Assembly (NCBI GenBank): GCA_965248265.1
Contig: CBDFJF010000002.1
Location: forward strand, 2,176,001-2,240,000
Length of the DNA: 64,000 nt
Direction: 5' to 3'
From: Candidatus Latescibacterota bacterium
GTDB lineage: Bacteria > Latescibacterota > UBA2968 > UBA8231
This document shows positions 55,427 through 64,000 of the stretch, one piece after another (position 1 is the first letter of the stretch; each line of letters begins with the position of its first letter). The notes under the pieces are model-generated. The model saw only the letters and a list, made by a program, of their open reading frames with translations, searched no databases and had not been told where the DNA came from. Position numbers and translations under genes: made by a program.

Positions 55427-56395
55427 TCAGTTTCCAACAGGTTCAGCAATGTGCCCGAATGTTTGCCCAAGTCGTGAGATCGCAGCCGGCGGCAGCGGGC
55501 CCTTCTCAATGATCTGCACGTCCTCCTCCAACTCGGCGGTCTCGATCGTACCGCACATGACGGTGGATACGGGGTCGGTATACGCTGCGTAGCGGTAAGC
55601 AGCCTCGACCAGCGACTTGCACTTCCCCAGTTCGAGCAACCAGCCCAGTGGGTCATCGTCCGGTATGGCGTTCTGGTCGAGAATTCTCCGCTGCTTCAAA
55701 TCGGAGAGAACCTCCTTCAGACGTGGCGGATTCCAAAACAAATTGCGCACGGTAAAGACATTGATCACACCGATGCTCTTTTCCTGGCAGAGAGGAAAAA
55801 CCGAATGGCGCGCAGATTGGTTGATCATGTTGTGGCCCACCATGGCGACTTCGATCCGATCGGTCGGCAGTATCCTTTGCAGCCATAGGTGCGCGCCGTC
55901 GGTGACTGTCTGTTCGCTGGAACCCAGGAAGCGGATTTTACCCTGCTGCTTGACCTTTTCCAGTTCAGGGATCAGCTCCTGGATCACCATGTCGAAATGC
56001 TCGGGTACGTCCGCTACGCCGATGAGCATGACATCGATATAATCCATGTTGAGGCGTCGCAGACTGTCCTCGACCGCCGGAGCCACGTCCGACGGTTTCA
56101 TGAAATTCACCTGCCCGTTGGGCATCGAACCAGCCAGGGCAATCTTCGTGGTGACGACAAGCTGATCGCGTGGCAGACTGGCCAGCGCGCGACCGAGTAC
56201 GTGTTCGCTGCGACCGGACCCATATCCGGGTGACGTGTCAAACAATCGGATCCCCAGGTCGAATGCGCGGTGCAACAGCGCTACCATCTCGGACTCCGGG
56301 CGGCCGCTTTCCGAGCCCAGCGGATCGTGGCCGCCGGTCCCCATGCCCAGTAACGATACCTTGAGTCCGGTCCTACCTAGCGAACGGTAGATCAT
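55427..56395 (-). CDS. Aldo/keto reductase
   Basis: MIYRSLGRTGLKVS, FDTSPGYG, TTK, SLRRLNMDYID, GKIRFLG; GGAGGAGG RBS. Confidence 0.93.
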   Translation of the reverse strand: MIYRSLGRTGLKVSLLGMGTGGHDPLGSESGRPESEMVALLHRAFDLGIRLFDTSPGYGSGRSEHVLGRALASLPRDQLVVTTKIALAGSMPNGQVNFMKPSDVAPAVEDSLRRLNMDYIDVMLIGVADVPEHFDMVIQELIPELEKVKQQGKIRFLGSSEQTVTDGAHLWLQRILPTDRIEVAMVGHNMINQSARHSVFPLCQEKSIGVINVFTVRNLFWNPPRLKEVLSDLKQRRILDQNAIPDDDPLGWLLELGKCKSLVEAAYRYAAYTDPVSTVMCGTIETAELEEDVQIIEKGPLPPAAISRLGQTFGHIAEPVGN

Positions 56396-56593
56396 CCTGA
56401 ATCCTCCTCCTGCGCTCCAGCGCCTTGACAGAGAATCGATTATAGGCCCTTATACTCCTGACGGTCGGAGCGCGAAACACAGATGCTGTGACGGTAAACG
56501 ACGACTTGGCGCACCTACGCGCCCCTCAAAGGTGATACGACACGCGGGCTGCAATGCGCATTGAATCACCCTATCTGTCTAGGAGAAAAGAGT

Positions 56594-57706
56594 TTGACTG
56601 ACCCGAACGCCGAAGGGAAGTACCGAGTCGGAGCCATAGGCATCGGCAGGAAAGGGGCCCAGCATGCGAGGGCCTACCGTATCCACCCGTCGACGAGGAT
56701 CGTCGCGGCCGCCGACAACGACGAAGAGAATCTGGAGATATTCTGCCGCAGGTTCAACATTCCCGGTTATGCCGACCACCGGGAGATGTTGGAGAAGGAA
56801 GAGCTAGATATCGCGGCCCCTGTCTTGCCGGTGCAGCCGAACCCGGCCGTTGTCCTGGACTGCGCCGAGGCAGGCGTCAAGGCCATCCTGTGCGAGAAGC
56901 CCATCGCCGCCAGCCTGGAGGACGCCGATCGCATGGTGGCCGCGTGCAAGTCGAGGGGCATTAAGTTCGGCTCCGGCGACCTCGACGTCAACCTGCCCGA
57001 TCATGCGAAAGCGCGAGGCATTATCGACTCGGGCGAACTCGGAGACGTGAAGAGCGTCACGTTCTACAGCGGCAGCGGCACTGAGATGTCGGGTGGGGGC
57101 TGCCAGCTATTCAGCCTCATGAGATTTTATGCCGGAAGCGTCGACGTGGCCTGGATGATAGGATGGGTTGCACACGACCCATGGAGCGACTACGACCAGG
57201 GCGGGGCGGGGTACGTGCGCTTCGTCAACGGCGTTGAGGGGTTCATCCACCGGGAGAGCGATTCCAGGACCGGCCTCGAAGTCGCTCTCACCGGAGGGGT
57301 CATCAGATACGCCGACACCATGGTCAGCATGTGGAAGGCCGATGGGTCGGGGGGGTATGACAAGGTCGATGCGGGGTTCCGCGAGACTCCCATGAGGACG
57401 AGCGCCTCCTATGAACCCGACGGCTGGAAGTGGCCCGGCGACAGAAACCTGGCGAGCGTTGATGGCACCGTCGACGCCCTGGAGAACGACACTGAGCCAA
57501 TAGGTAGCGGGGACAACGGGCGTCGCGTTCTGGAGATGGCCATCGCGATAAGGGAGTCCCACCGACAAGGGCACGCGCCCGTACGACTCCCTTTAGAGGA
57601 CCGCAGCCTGCGAATGATTCCCAGCCGGTCGCGCTGGCAGTACAAGAAGCCACAAATGGGTCGGGAGGCGTACATGAGCCAGATCGCTGCGCAGGTAAGG
57701 GACTGA
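56594..57706 (+). CDS. Gfo/Idh/MocA family oxidoreductase
   Basis: AGGAG RBS with TTG start; GAIGIGRKG, CEKP, LEMAIAIRESH; related to 32412-33497. Confidence 0.9.
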   Translation: MTDPNAEGKYRVGAIGIGRKGAQHARAYRIHPSTRIVAAADNDEENLEIFCRRFNIPGYADHREMLEKEELDIAAPVLPVQPNPAVVLDCAEAGVKAILCEKPIAASLEDADRMVAACKSRGIKFGSGDLDVNLPDHAKARGIIDSGELGDVKSVTFYSGSGTEMSGGGCQLFSLMRFYAGSVDVAWMIGWVAHDPWSDYDQGGAGYVRFVNGVEGFIHRESDSRTGLEVALTGGVIRYADTMVSMWKADGSGGYDKVDAGFRETPMRTSASYEPDGWKWPGDRNLASVDGTVDALENDTEPIGSGDNGRRVLEMAIAIRESHRQGHAPVRLPLEDRSLRMIPSRSRWQYKKPQMGREAYMSQIAAQVRD

Positions 57707-57886
57707 CGGAACACCATTCCCGTTGGCCGTAGCGGGCGCTTGTGCCGGATAATCGCCTTCAGCGAGAAAGGCGGAGAACGAGGATAGAATGGGTAGTATT
57801 CGTGCCCACGTCTTGAGTGCTCGCGTCAATCGTATTCGATCTTCCCTTCTCAACTGCTTAATTTCTCGAACTGAGGGGTATCCGCA

Positions 57887-59479
57887 ATGTCACCGTCGAC
57901 ATCAGTCACGACTAATTCGCTGACGGTTGCCATTCTCGCTTTTTTGTGCGCCTGTACTCAGGAGGTGGACCTCGGCGACTCCCGACGTCCGGACCTCGTC
58001 GAGTCAGTCCCGGGAACGACAGCCGCCGGGTCGGAGGATGCCGTCATCGCACTGCGCAGAAGCCTGATGGCTGCTCCGCTGTCCGTGACGCGACTCTATA
58101 TCACGGAGGACGCCACCGATCCGCGCCCACCCCCGGGAGGGATCTTGCGACTCAGAGCCCAAGTGCGGGCCGACTCCAGCAATCACCCGGCCCGATTTGC
58201 CCTTGCAGAAGCGTTGCGCCGGGACCGTGACTACGCAGGAGCCGAAGAGCACTACAGAGAGGCGATCCGTCTCAGGAGCGGCCATACCGAGTCTTACGTG
58301 GGCTTGGCGAGGCTGTTCATCTCATTGTCACGCGACGATGACGCCGCCGAGATCCTGGAGGCCGCCGCCAACGCCGCCGGACCAACCCTTGAATTTCACT
58401 CGCTTCGTGGCACCCTCGCCCTGCGGCTGGAGCGATACGATCAGGCTTTGGCTTCCTTCCATGAGGTCGTCGACATGGATCCGTCACGCGACCGCGCCCA
58501 CTACGATCTCGCCGGCGTCCTCGAACGTCAGGGTTCGATGTCCACCGCGATTTCCGCCCTGCGGCAGGGGCTGGCTCACATTCCCGGGAGTATAGAGCTG
58601 AGTCTGAGACTCGCCGAGCTGCTGGCAGCCACGGGAGACCACGATCAGGCCCTCGAGCAGCTGCGACAACTCATCGAGGCGAATCCTTTGACGCGCGCCT
58701 ACCTCGCCAGCGCCAGGATCCACCGGCAGCGTGGTGACATGAAGTCCGCTCGTGATGCGGTCGACGAGGGTCTCGAAATCGAATCCTCGTACGCTGACCT
58801 GATCGCCGAGCTCGGAATTCTACTCGTCGAGGAGGGAGAGGATGAGGAGGCGATCCCCCATCTCGAACGTGCCATCAGCAGCGATCCAGATCTGCTCCAG
58901 GCGTGCTCGGCCCTGGGCCTCGCTTACGAACGCACCGGTGATCTCCATCGGGCCCAGCTTGTCAAGGAATACACCGAACACCTGCGCGACCACAAAGAGG
59001 CGCTGCGCGCGCTCAAGACTTCGATTGCTCTGGACAAGCGTGACGCGGCCGCCTTTTTCGCCATCGGAGACCTCTACACCCACTTGGTGAGGCCTGTGGC
59101 GGCCGCTCAGGCGCTGGAGGTCGGCCTGCAGATCGTCCCCGACAACATCGAGGCGCTCAGCAACCTCGGACTCGTTTTTCTCAACCTCCAGCGGCTGCCG
59201 CGCGCTATCGAGACATACGAGAAGGTGATCGCCCTCGACTCGACCTCGGTGTCGGCCCATGCCAACCTCGCCAGCGCCCTCGCCGTCAGCGGTGAATCCG
59301 AGCGGGCGATCGCCGCATTCCAGCGCGCCCTGGCCCTGAAACCGGATTTAGCACCGGCACATCTGGGATTAGCCCGCCTCTATGAGAAGCTGGGGCGAGC
59401 GGAGGAAGCGCAGGCGGCCCGGTCCGAATTCGAAAGACTCGGAGAATCCGCTATGCGTGGGGCTGCCGAGGCTCCCTGA
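57887..59479 (+). CDS. Tetratricopeptide-repeat protein, probable lipoprotein
   Basis: LCAC lipobox-like motif; multiple TPR units (ALSNLG, AHANLA, AHLGLA). Confidence 0.9.
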   Translation: MSPSTSVTTNSLTVAILAFLCACTQEVDLGDSRRPDLVESVPGTTAAGSEDAVIALRRSLMAAPLSVTRLYITEDATDPRPPPGGILRLRAQVRADSSNHPARFALAEALRRDRDYAGAEEHYREAIRLRSGHTESYVGLARLFISLSRDDDAAEILEAAANAAGPTLEFHSLRGTLALRLERYDQALASFHEVVDMDPSRDRAHYDLAGVLERQGSMSTAISALRQGLAHIPGSIELSLRLAELLAATGDHDQALEQLRQLIEANPLTRAYLASARIHRQRGDMKSARDAVDEGLEIESSYADLIAELGILLVEEGEDEEAIPHLERAISSDPDLLQACSALGLAYERTGDLHRAQLVKEYTEHLRDHKEALRALKTSIALDKRDAAAFFAIGDLYTHLVRPVAAAQALEVGLQIVPDNIEALSNLGLVFLNLQRLPRAIETYEKVIALDSTSVSAHANLASALAVSGESERAIAAFQRALALKPDLAPAHLGLARLYEKLGRAEEAQAARSEFERLGESAMRGAAEAP

Positions 59480-59558
59480 CCACTGCACGAAACCCGTAGC
59501 TATCTCGATCACTGATCTCGCCTGCCCACGAAACTGACGCTCTACCGACGAGGAAGAC

Positions 59559-61466
59559 ATGGAAAAAATCACCGCCACGGTACCCGTAACCGCCCCACCA
59601 TCATGGGCAGCCCAGCAGCGACTCCTGCTGCAGACCCTGGAGCAATCGGCGTATCCCTACTGGGATCGCTACGTCCGCGAGGACGGCGAGCTCTACTGGG
59701 ACGACCGTTTTGGCGGCGGCAGCCCCGACGATTTCTACGAGGCCTTCTTCAGCTGGCCCCTCGTCTACGCGATGGGCGGCGGTAATCACCTGTTGGAGAT
59801 GGCGCATCGCGGCTGGGAAGGCATCACGCGATTGCTCACCCGTTGCGGCACCGTGCACAAGGAGTACGCCCGGGGCGAAGACCAATTCCACCAGTCCGAA
59901 AGCGACATCTTTTTCTACCACCTGTGCATGGCCGATCCCAGTAACACCAGCCTACAGATTCGCGCCCGCCGCTTCGCCGGCCTCTATCTCAACGAAGACC
60001 CGGAGGCGATCAATTACGATCCGGAGCACAAGATTGTTCTCAGCCCGGTCAACGGATCTGGCGGTCCGCACTATCCTCCCGAGGGTTCCAAACCGGGTCT
60101 CTTCCGCGGCAGCGAGCGCTACGGTCTGCCCTCCTACGAGTTACCTGACGTGCAGTCATGGCAGGACACCGAGGACGACGACAAAGCGAGACGGCTGGGC
60201 GAAGTCATGCACGGACGCTGGGACAAGGGGGATGTCATTTCCAACCTCGGGCTCACCAGTCTGGCCACCAACGCCTTCCTGCTCACGGGCGAAGAGAAGT
60301 ACCGCGACTGGGTCATCGAGTACACGGACGCCTGGATCGAGAGGGCCCGCGCCAACGACTGGATGATCCCCGACAACGTCGGCCATTCCGGCAAGGTCGG
60401 CGAGTACATCGATGGCAAATGGTACGGCGGGAAGTACGGCTGGACCCGGTTCCACGGCTGGTACAACATCCAGATGACGGCGACGGATGCCGCCGCCAAC
60501 GCCTACCTGCTGACGCGCGACGACCGTTACCTGGAACTGCCTCGGCGCCAGCTCGACCGCATTCTCGAGCTCGGCGAGGTTCGTGACATCAGCAAGGAGC
60601 ACATGAGCCTGGACGTGCACTGGATCGGCCAGTTCATGGCCATGGGTGACAGAACCGAGACCTTGCTCGTCCCCTATCGCTACGGCGATTCCGGCTGGTT
60701 CGACTGGCAGCCTCCGTCACCTGTCTTCCTGGCCGCCCTGTGGAACCTCTCGATGGCGGACGAGGACTGGCAGCGCATCGAGCGCGTGCGCGAGGCCGAG
60801 GCCTACGACTGGAACGACGTCATCTCGTTCCGCAACAAGGAAGACGCCGGCCATGAGCCGCCCTGGTTGCGCTTTCTGGCTGGCGATAACCCCGATTATC
60901 CCGAACGCTCGCTGCAGGCGAGCTACCAGCAGGTCGCCTGGCGTGTGGCCCTGGTCCGCAATGATGACGAGGTCGGCACGCACATGAACGTCCACCGCTG
61001 GCAGGAGACCAATCCGGTTTCCTCCGAGGCCCTTATCCAGCAGACCCTGGGTGCCCCGCAACCGATCTACAACGGCGGCCTCCTCCACTGCCGGCTGCGC
61101 TACTTCGATTGCCTGGCCAAACGGCCGGGCTTACCGCAAGATGTAGCCGCCCTCGTCGAGAAAGTCGAAGCCGGCCGCACGGTCGTCCGACTCATCAACC
61201 TGAATCCACAGGAAAACCGCGAACTGATCGTGCAGGCGGGGGGTTACGGAGAGCACAGCTTCGGAGAGCTCGAGTTCAACGCCAGGACGAGCGACTACCC
61301 GGGGCCCACGACCGACTACGCGCCCAAACCGATCACGACGGAGAAGCGCAAAGTCGCCGTCAACGACAAGCATGTGCAGGTCGCGTTGCCTGCGGGAACC
61401 GAAATCAGTCTGGATTTGAGTACGCAGCGTTACGTCAACGAACCGACGTGTGGTGGGCCCTTCTGA
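59559..61466 (+). CDS. Conserved hypothetical cytoplasmic protein, possible (alpha/alpha)-barrel enzyme
   Basis: 635 aa with host-like codon usage and a GAGGA RBS; DDFYE, RFAGLY, IPDNVG, WYGGxYGW, NPVSSEAL. Confidence 0.8.
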   Translation: MEKITATVPVTAPPSWAAQQRLLLQTLEQSAYPYWDRYVREDGELYWDDRFGGGSPDDFYEAFFSWPLVYAMGGGNHLLEMAHRGWEGITRLLTRCGTVHKEYARGEDQFHQSESDIFFYHLCMADPSNTSLQIRARRFAGLYLNEDPEAINYDPEHKIVLSPVNGSGGPHYPPEGSKPGLFRGSERYGLPSYELPDVQSWQDTEDDDKARRLGEVMHGRWDKGDVISNLGLTSLATNAFLLTGEEKYRDWVIEYTDAWIERARANDWMIPDNVGHSGKVGEYIDGKWYGGKYGWTRFHGWYNIQMTATDAAANAYLLTRDDRYLELPRRQLDRILELGEVRDISKEHMSLDVHWIGQFMAMGDRTETLLVPYRYGDSGWFDWQPPSPVFLAALWNLSMADEDWQRIERVREAEAYDWNDVISFRNKEDAGHEPPWLRFLAGDNPDYPERSLQASYQQVAWRVALVRNDDEVGTHMNVHRWQETNPVSSEALIQQTLGAPQPIYNGGLLHCRLRYFDCLAKRPGLPQDVAALVEKVEAGRTVVRLINLNPQENRELIVQAGGYGEHSFGELEFNARTSDYPGPTTDYAPKPITTEKRKVAVNDKHVQVALPAGTEISLDLSTQRYVNEPTCGGPF

Positions 61467-61485
61467 GAGTAGCCGCGACGACCTA

Positions 61486-62970
61486 TCATTCTGGCGCGTT
61501 GTCCAGGAAATACGCATCGAGCGCCCGCGGCTCCGCACCCGCCGACTTGAACTTCTGGTAGTCGTACGGCCCCACTGGCGCAAAGTCCCCACGCATCGCG
61601 TAAATCGACCCATCAGTCAGCCGCACCGAGAATCGCACCACCTGCCCCGCCACCTGCGCCATCGACTTCCCGTCTTTCCACTGCGGTATCCAGTACAGCT
61701 CATCCCCCGCGAATGAAACGGCATCGTCGAAACCGTACCCGGCAAGCGGCTCCCCCATCGCATCCTCCACCTGCACGCGGATCTCACCCTCAGGCGCTTT
61801 CACATTGATCTGCAGCTCTCCCCCTTTCCAGTAGACGATCCGCGTCGTCATCGAACCCGCTTCCCCCTCCGACTCCAGATAGCAGAACCCGTCCAGCCGC
61901 AGCTCGTGCAGAAGGATGGCGCTTTCTGTCAACAGCGACGGATCCTGAGACACCTCACCGTGTTCCCCCTTGAACGAGCTCGAGTACACCCGGATCCGAT
62001 CATCCGCCGTGACCACCATACTCGACGCGTGAACGAGACCGGCGCCATGCTGACCCGGCTCGGAATTGGCAATGAACGGATCCCGCAGCCCCCGCTGAAA
62101 GTGCCAGCCGTTGTAGCTGTAGACGAGCTGACAGTCGATGGTGCCGTAGAGGAACTTGATCGGTCCGTCGATCTCCGCCGTTTCGCTGTACGCCGCCGAC
62201 ACCTTGGGTGGCGTGTGATAAACCCACAGAAACCCGACGAACATCCCTTCGTAGGGAAACACCGGCATCCCGTAGAGCTCCGCCGCCGGCGTATCGAGGG
62301 CGTCTGCCTGCAGCAGCAGCTCCGGCTTCGAGAAGTTCCGCCAGTCCCTCGTCTCATAAATAGCCACCCGCCGATCCCCGATACTCGGCCGTGCCGTGAT
62401 GCAGTAACTGTTGCGGTATTCATTCCAGAACACGCACGCCGCCGGATCGATGCCGTGGGGATGCCACCGCGCCCCTTCGGGTCGTTTCCACGACCTCCCG
62501 TCTGTCGAGGTATGGAGTAGACAGTCGTGCCCCAGCCGATCCTCCGCCCAGCAGCAGACCAGTCCCTTGATCCGCTCCCCCGGGTCCTCCGCCTGCCCAT
62601 CGAAGTAGGCCGGCGCCCACTCGAAGAATTCCCCCGAGGGGATCACCTGGTGGGGTACCCGCCTCGGAAAGTCATCTCCCCCGCCGGACAGATCCGGCGT
62701 CTCCCAGTGCACCCCGTCGTCACTCTCCGCTACCGCGGCGACAAACCCGTCATTGTCATGGATCGGTCCCCCCTGGTAGAGACAGCGCCAGACCCCGCTG
62801 TCCGGATCGCGAAACACCGAGGGGTATCCCGAATGCACGTCGAGTTGGGGATCGACGAAGACCCCTTCTGGGACGAGCTGCGGAGTGCCGACCCGGCGCT
62901 CCATATTTTGCCGGTCATAGAGATGCCAGTCGTCGAAAAAAAGCATGACTCTGTTCTCCTTCGTCGGCAT
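61486..62970 (-). CDS. Uncharacterised five-bladed propeller glycosidase-like protein
   Basis: LFFDD, GYPSVF, AESDDGVHW, YGMPVFPYE, QLVYSYNGWH, LRLDGF; paralog of 48864-50270. Confidence 0.75.
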   Translation of the reverse strand: MPTKENRVMLFFDDWHLYDRQNMERRVGTPQLVPEGVFVDPQLDVHSGYPSVFRDPDSGVWRCLYQGGPIHDNDGFVAAVAESDDGVHWETPDLSGGGDDFPRRVPHQVIPSGEFFEWAPAYFDGQAEDPGERIKGLVCCWAEDRLGHDCLLHTSTDGRSWKRPEGARWHPHGIDPAACVFWNEYRNSYCITARPSIGDRRVAIYETRDWRNFSKPELLLQADALDTPAAELYGMPVFPYEGMFVGFLWVYHTPPKVSAAYSETAEIDGPIKFLYGTIDCQLVYSYNGWHFQRGLRDPFIANSEPGQHGAGLVHASSMVVTADDRIRVYSSSFKGEHGEVSQDPSLLTESAILLHELRLDGFCYLESEGEAGSMTTRIVYWKGGELQINVKAPEGEIRVQVEDAMGEPLAGYGFDDAVSFAGDELYWIPQWKDGKSMAQVAGQVVRFSVRLTDGSIYAMRGDFAPVGPYDYQKFKSAGAEPRALDAYFLDNAPE

Positions 62971-62974
62971 CAGC

Positions 62975-64000
62975 TCAACTCAAGGTCTTGCCATCGTATG
63001 ACAGTCCCGCGCCGTCGACGACGTCCCAGACTCTGGGTGTGCTGCTGCCGTCAAGCCGCACGACGGCTGCCGACCCTTCGAAGGAAATGGGCCGGTCGCT
63101 TTCATCGCTGAGTGCCTGGGATCCGCGTTGGGCGGCGGCGCAGATGATATCTTCGCCTCCACCCGGCAAAAGCACCCGCAGCCAACCTCCTTGGGCGTCT
63201 CCGAGTGGCTCGACTGTGATTATTCGATCTTCGTCTGGCCTCAGAGGCCACAGAACCGTCTGCATGAGAGTAGAGTCCGTTCCGTTTCGCCTGAATATGG
63301 CGCATGGAGCCGGGATAATCTCTCCACCCTCCACGTGCCAGCCCTGAACACCCTCCCCACCATCATCGCGACCTTCGGCGATCTCCACCTCGAGACCTTC
63401 GCTACGCACCGGCACGAGGGCCAGATTCGCCTCGCCTGCCGTTGTCGTGCGCACCGTTTGCGACGCTTCGTCCAGTGCTGATTCCACCGGCACAAAATGG
63501 AAAAGTTGCTCGTAGGCATGCTCCCCCGATCCCGACAGTCGGTCGCTCACGAGCCAGTAGTCGAAGTCGTCCGCCCCTGTCGCCTTCACGTAAATCACCG
63601 TGCGCCGGTGCGTGACCCAGACGTCGATCTCCCCCTCGAAGGGTGGTGGCGGGAATCCGGTACGCATAGGCTCGGTGAACTGAACCGGTCCCCACCCCTC
63701 GTCGTACTCGCCGCTCAGACAGTCACAGACTGCGCTCGAGTGCCACTCGTTGTCGAGAGGTTCGCTTACGGACTTCGCCCTGTCGCTGACGAGTCTCATC
63801 TGGCAGAGCCCGTCTACGGTGACCGTGCTGTGTCCCCTGGTGCCGCCCAGGAATCGGTACCAGCGGTGATGGCGCTCCTCGCGCGAATACGTGTGAACCC
63901 CTTTGTCGGCGATGAGCGTTCGTCCGAATGCGGCAACTTCGATGGCGAGCTTGGCCTCGTGGGCGTGGATATCACCGAGGGGACCCATGTCGCACATGAG
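62975..64000 (-). CDS. Heparinase II/III family protein (5'-partial)
   Basis: DMGPLG..HAHEAKL, GHSTVTVDG, THRRTV, YEQLFHF; paralog of 43111-45375; frame runs off the window end. Confidence 0.88.
   Translation of the reverse strand, partial: LMCDMGPLGDIHAHEAKLAIEVAAFGRTLIADKGVHTYSREERHHRWYRFLGGTRGHSTVTVDGLCQMRLVSDRAKSVSEPLDNEWHSSAVCDCLSGEYDEGWGPVQFTEPMRTGFPPPPFEGEIDVWVTHRRTVIYVKATGADDFDYWLVSDRLSGSGEHAYEQLFHFVPVESALDEASQTVRTTTAGEANLALVPVRSEGLEVEIAEGRDDGGEGVQGWHVEGGEIIPAPCAIFRRNGTDSTLMQTVLWPLRPDEDRIITVEPLGDAQGGWLRVLLPGGGEDIICAAAQRGSQALSDESDRPISFEGSAAVVRLDGSSTPRVWDVVDGAGLSYDGKTLS

Noticed and set aside
56425-56456. TTGACA...TATACT sigma70-like promoter
   Set aside because: The spacer is 20 bp, too long. 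Other TTGACA hits (about 15676, 21549, 51963) also lack a properly spaced -10.
1-64000. Search for tRNA, rRNA, CRISPR arrays, reverse transcriptase/DGR, phage or defence genes
   Set aside because: No supporting motifs or regularly spaced repeats were seen by eye.

Overview
GC-rich bacterial DNA with no rRNA, tRNA or CRISPR detected. The gene content (FlgD-type C-terminal domain proteins, CRTAC1/ASPIC-UnbV, PhyH dioxygenases, heparinase II/III, DUF6785-type membrane proteins, TPR proteins) suggests a Latescibacterota/Poribacteria-like organism; this is inference only. (i) Positions 1-12.9 kb hold an intact cell-envelope locus: two tandem paralogous large proteins with Asp-rich Ca-binding-like cores and a shared ...TVFAGL[E/R] end, an FG-GAP/UnbV lipoprotein, two discoidin+FlgD proteins ending in LAY, and a secreted protein with a PTAVExxSWxx[IV]K tail, arranged around an AT-rich repeat-bearing divergent promoter. 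This is a candidate undescribed surface export or uptake system. (ii) Positions 13-64 kb are a mosaic of sugar and sugar-acid catabolic genes with about a dozen gene remnants. Six homologous IS91-family (rolling-circle) oriIS ends sit at junctions, five in the same orientation. They form two subfamilies with distinct flanking tetranucleotides (WCTC, CCGT), which suggests ISCR-like one-ended transposition assembled the mosaic.
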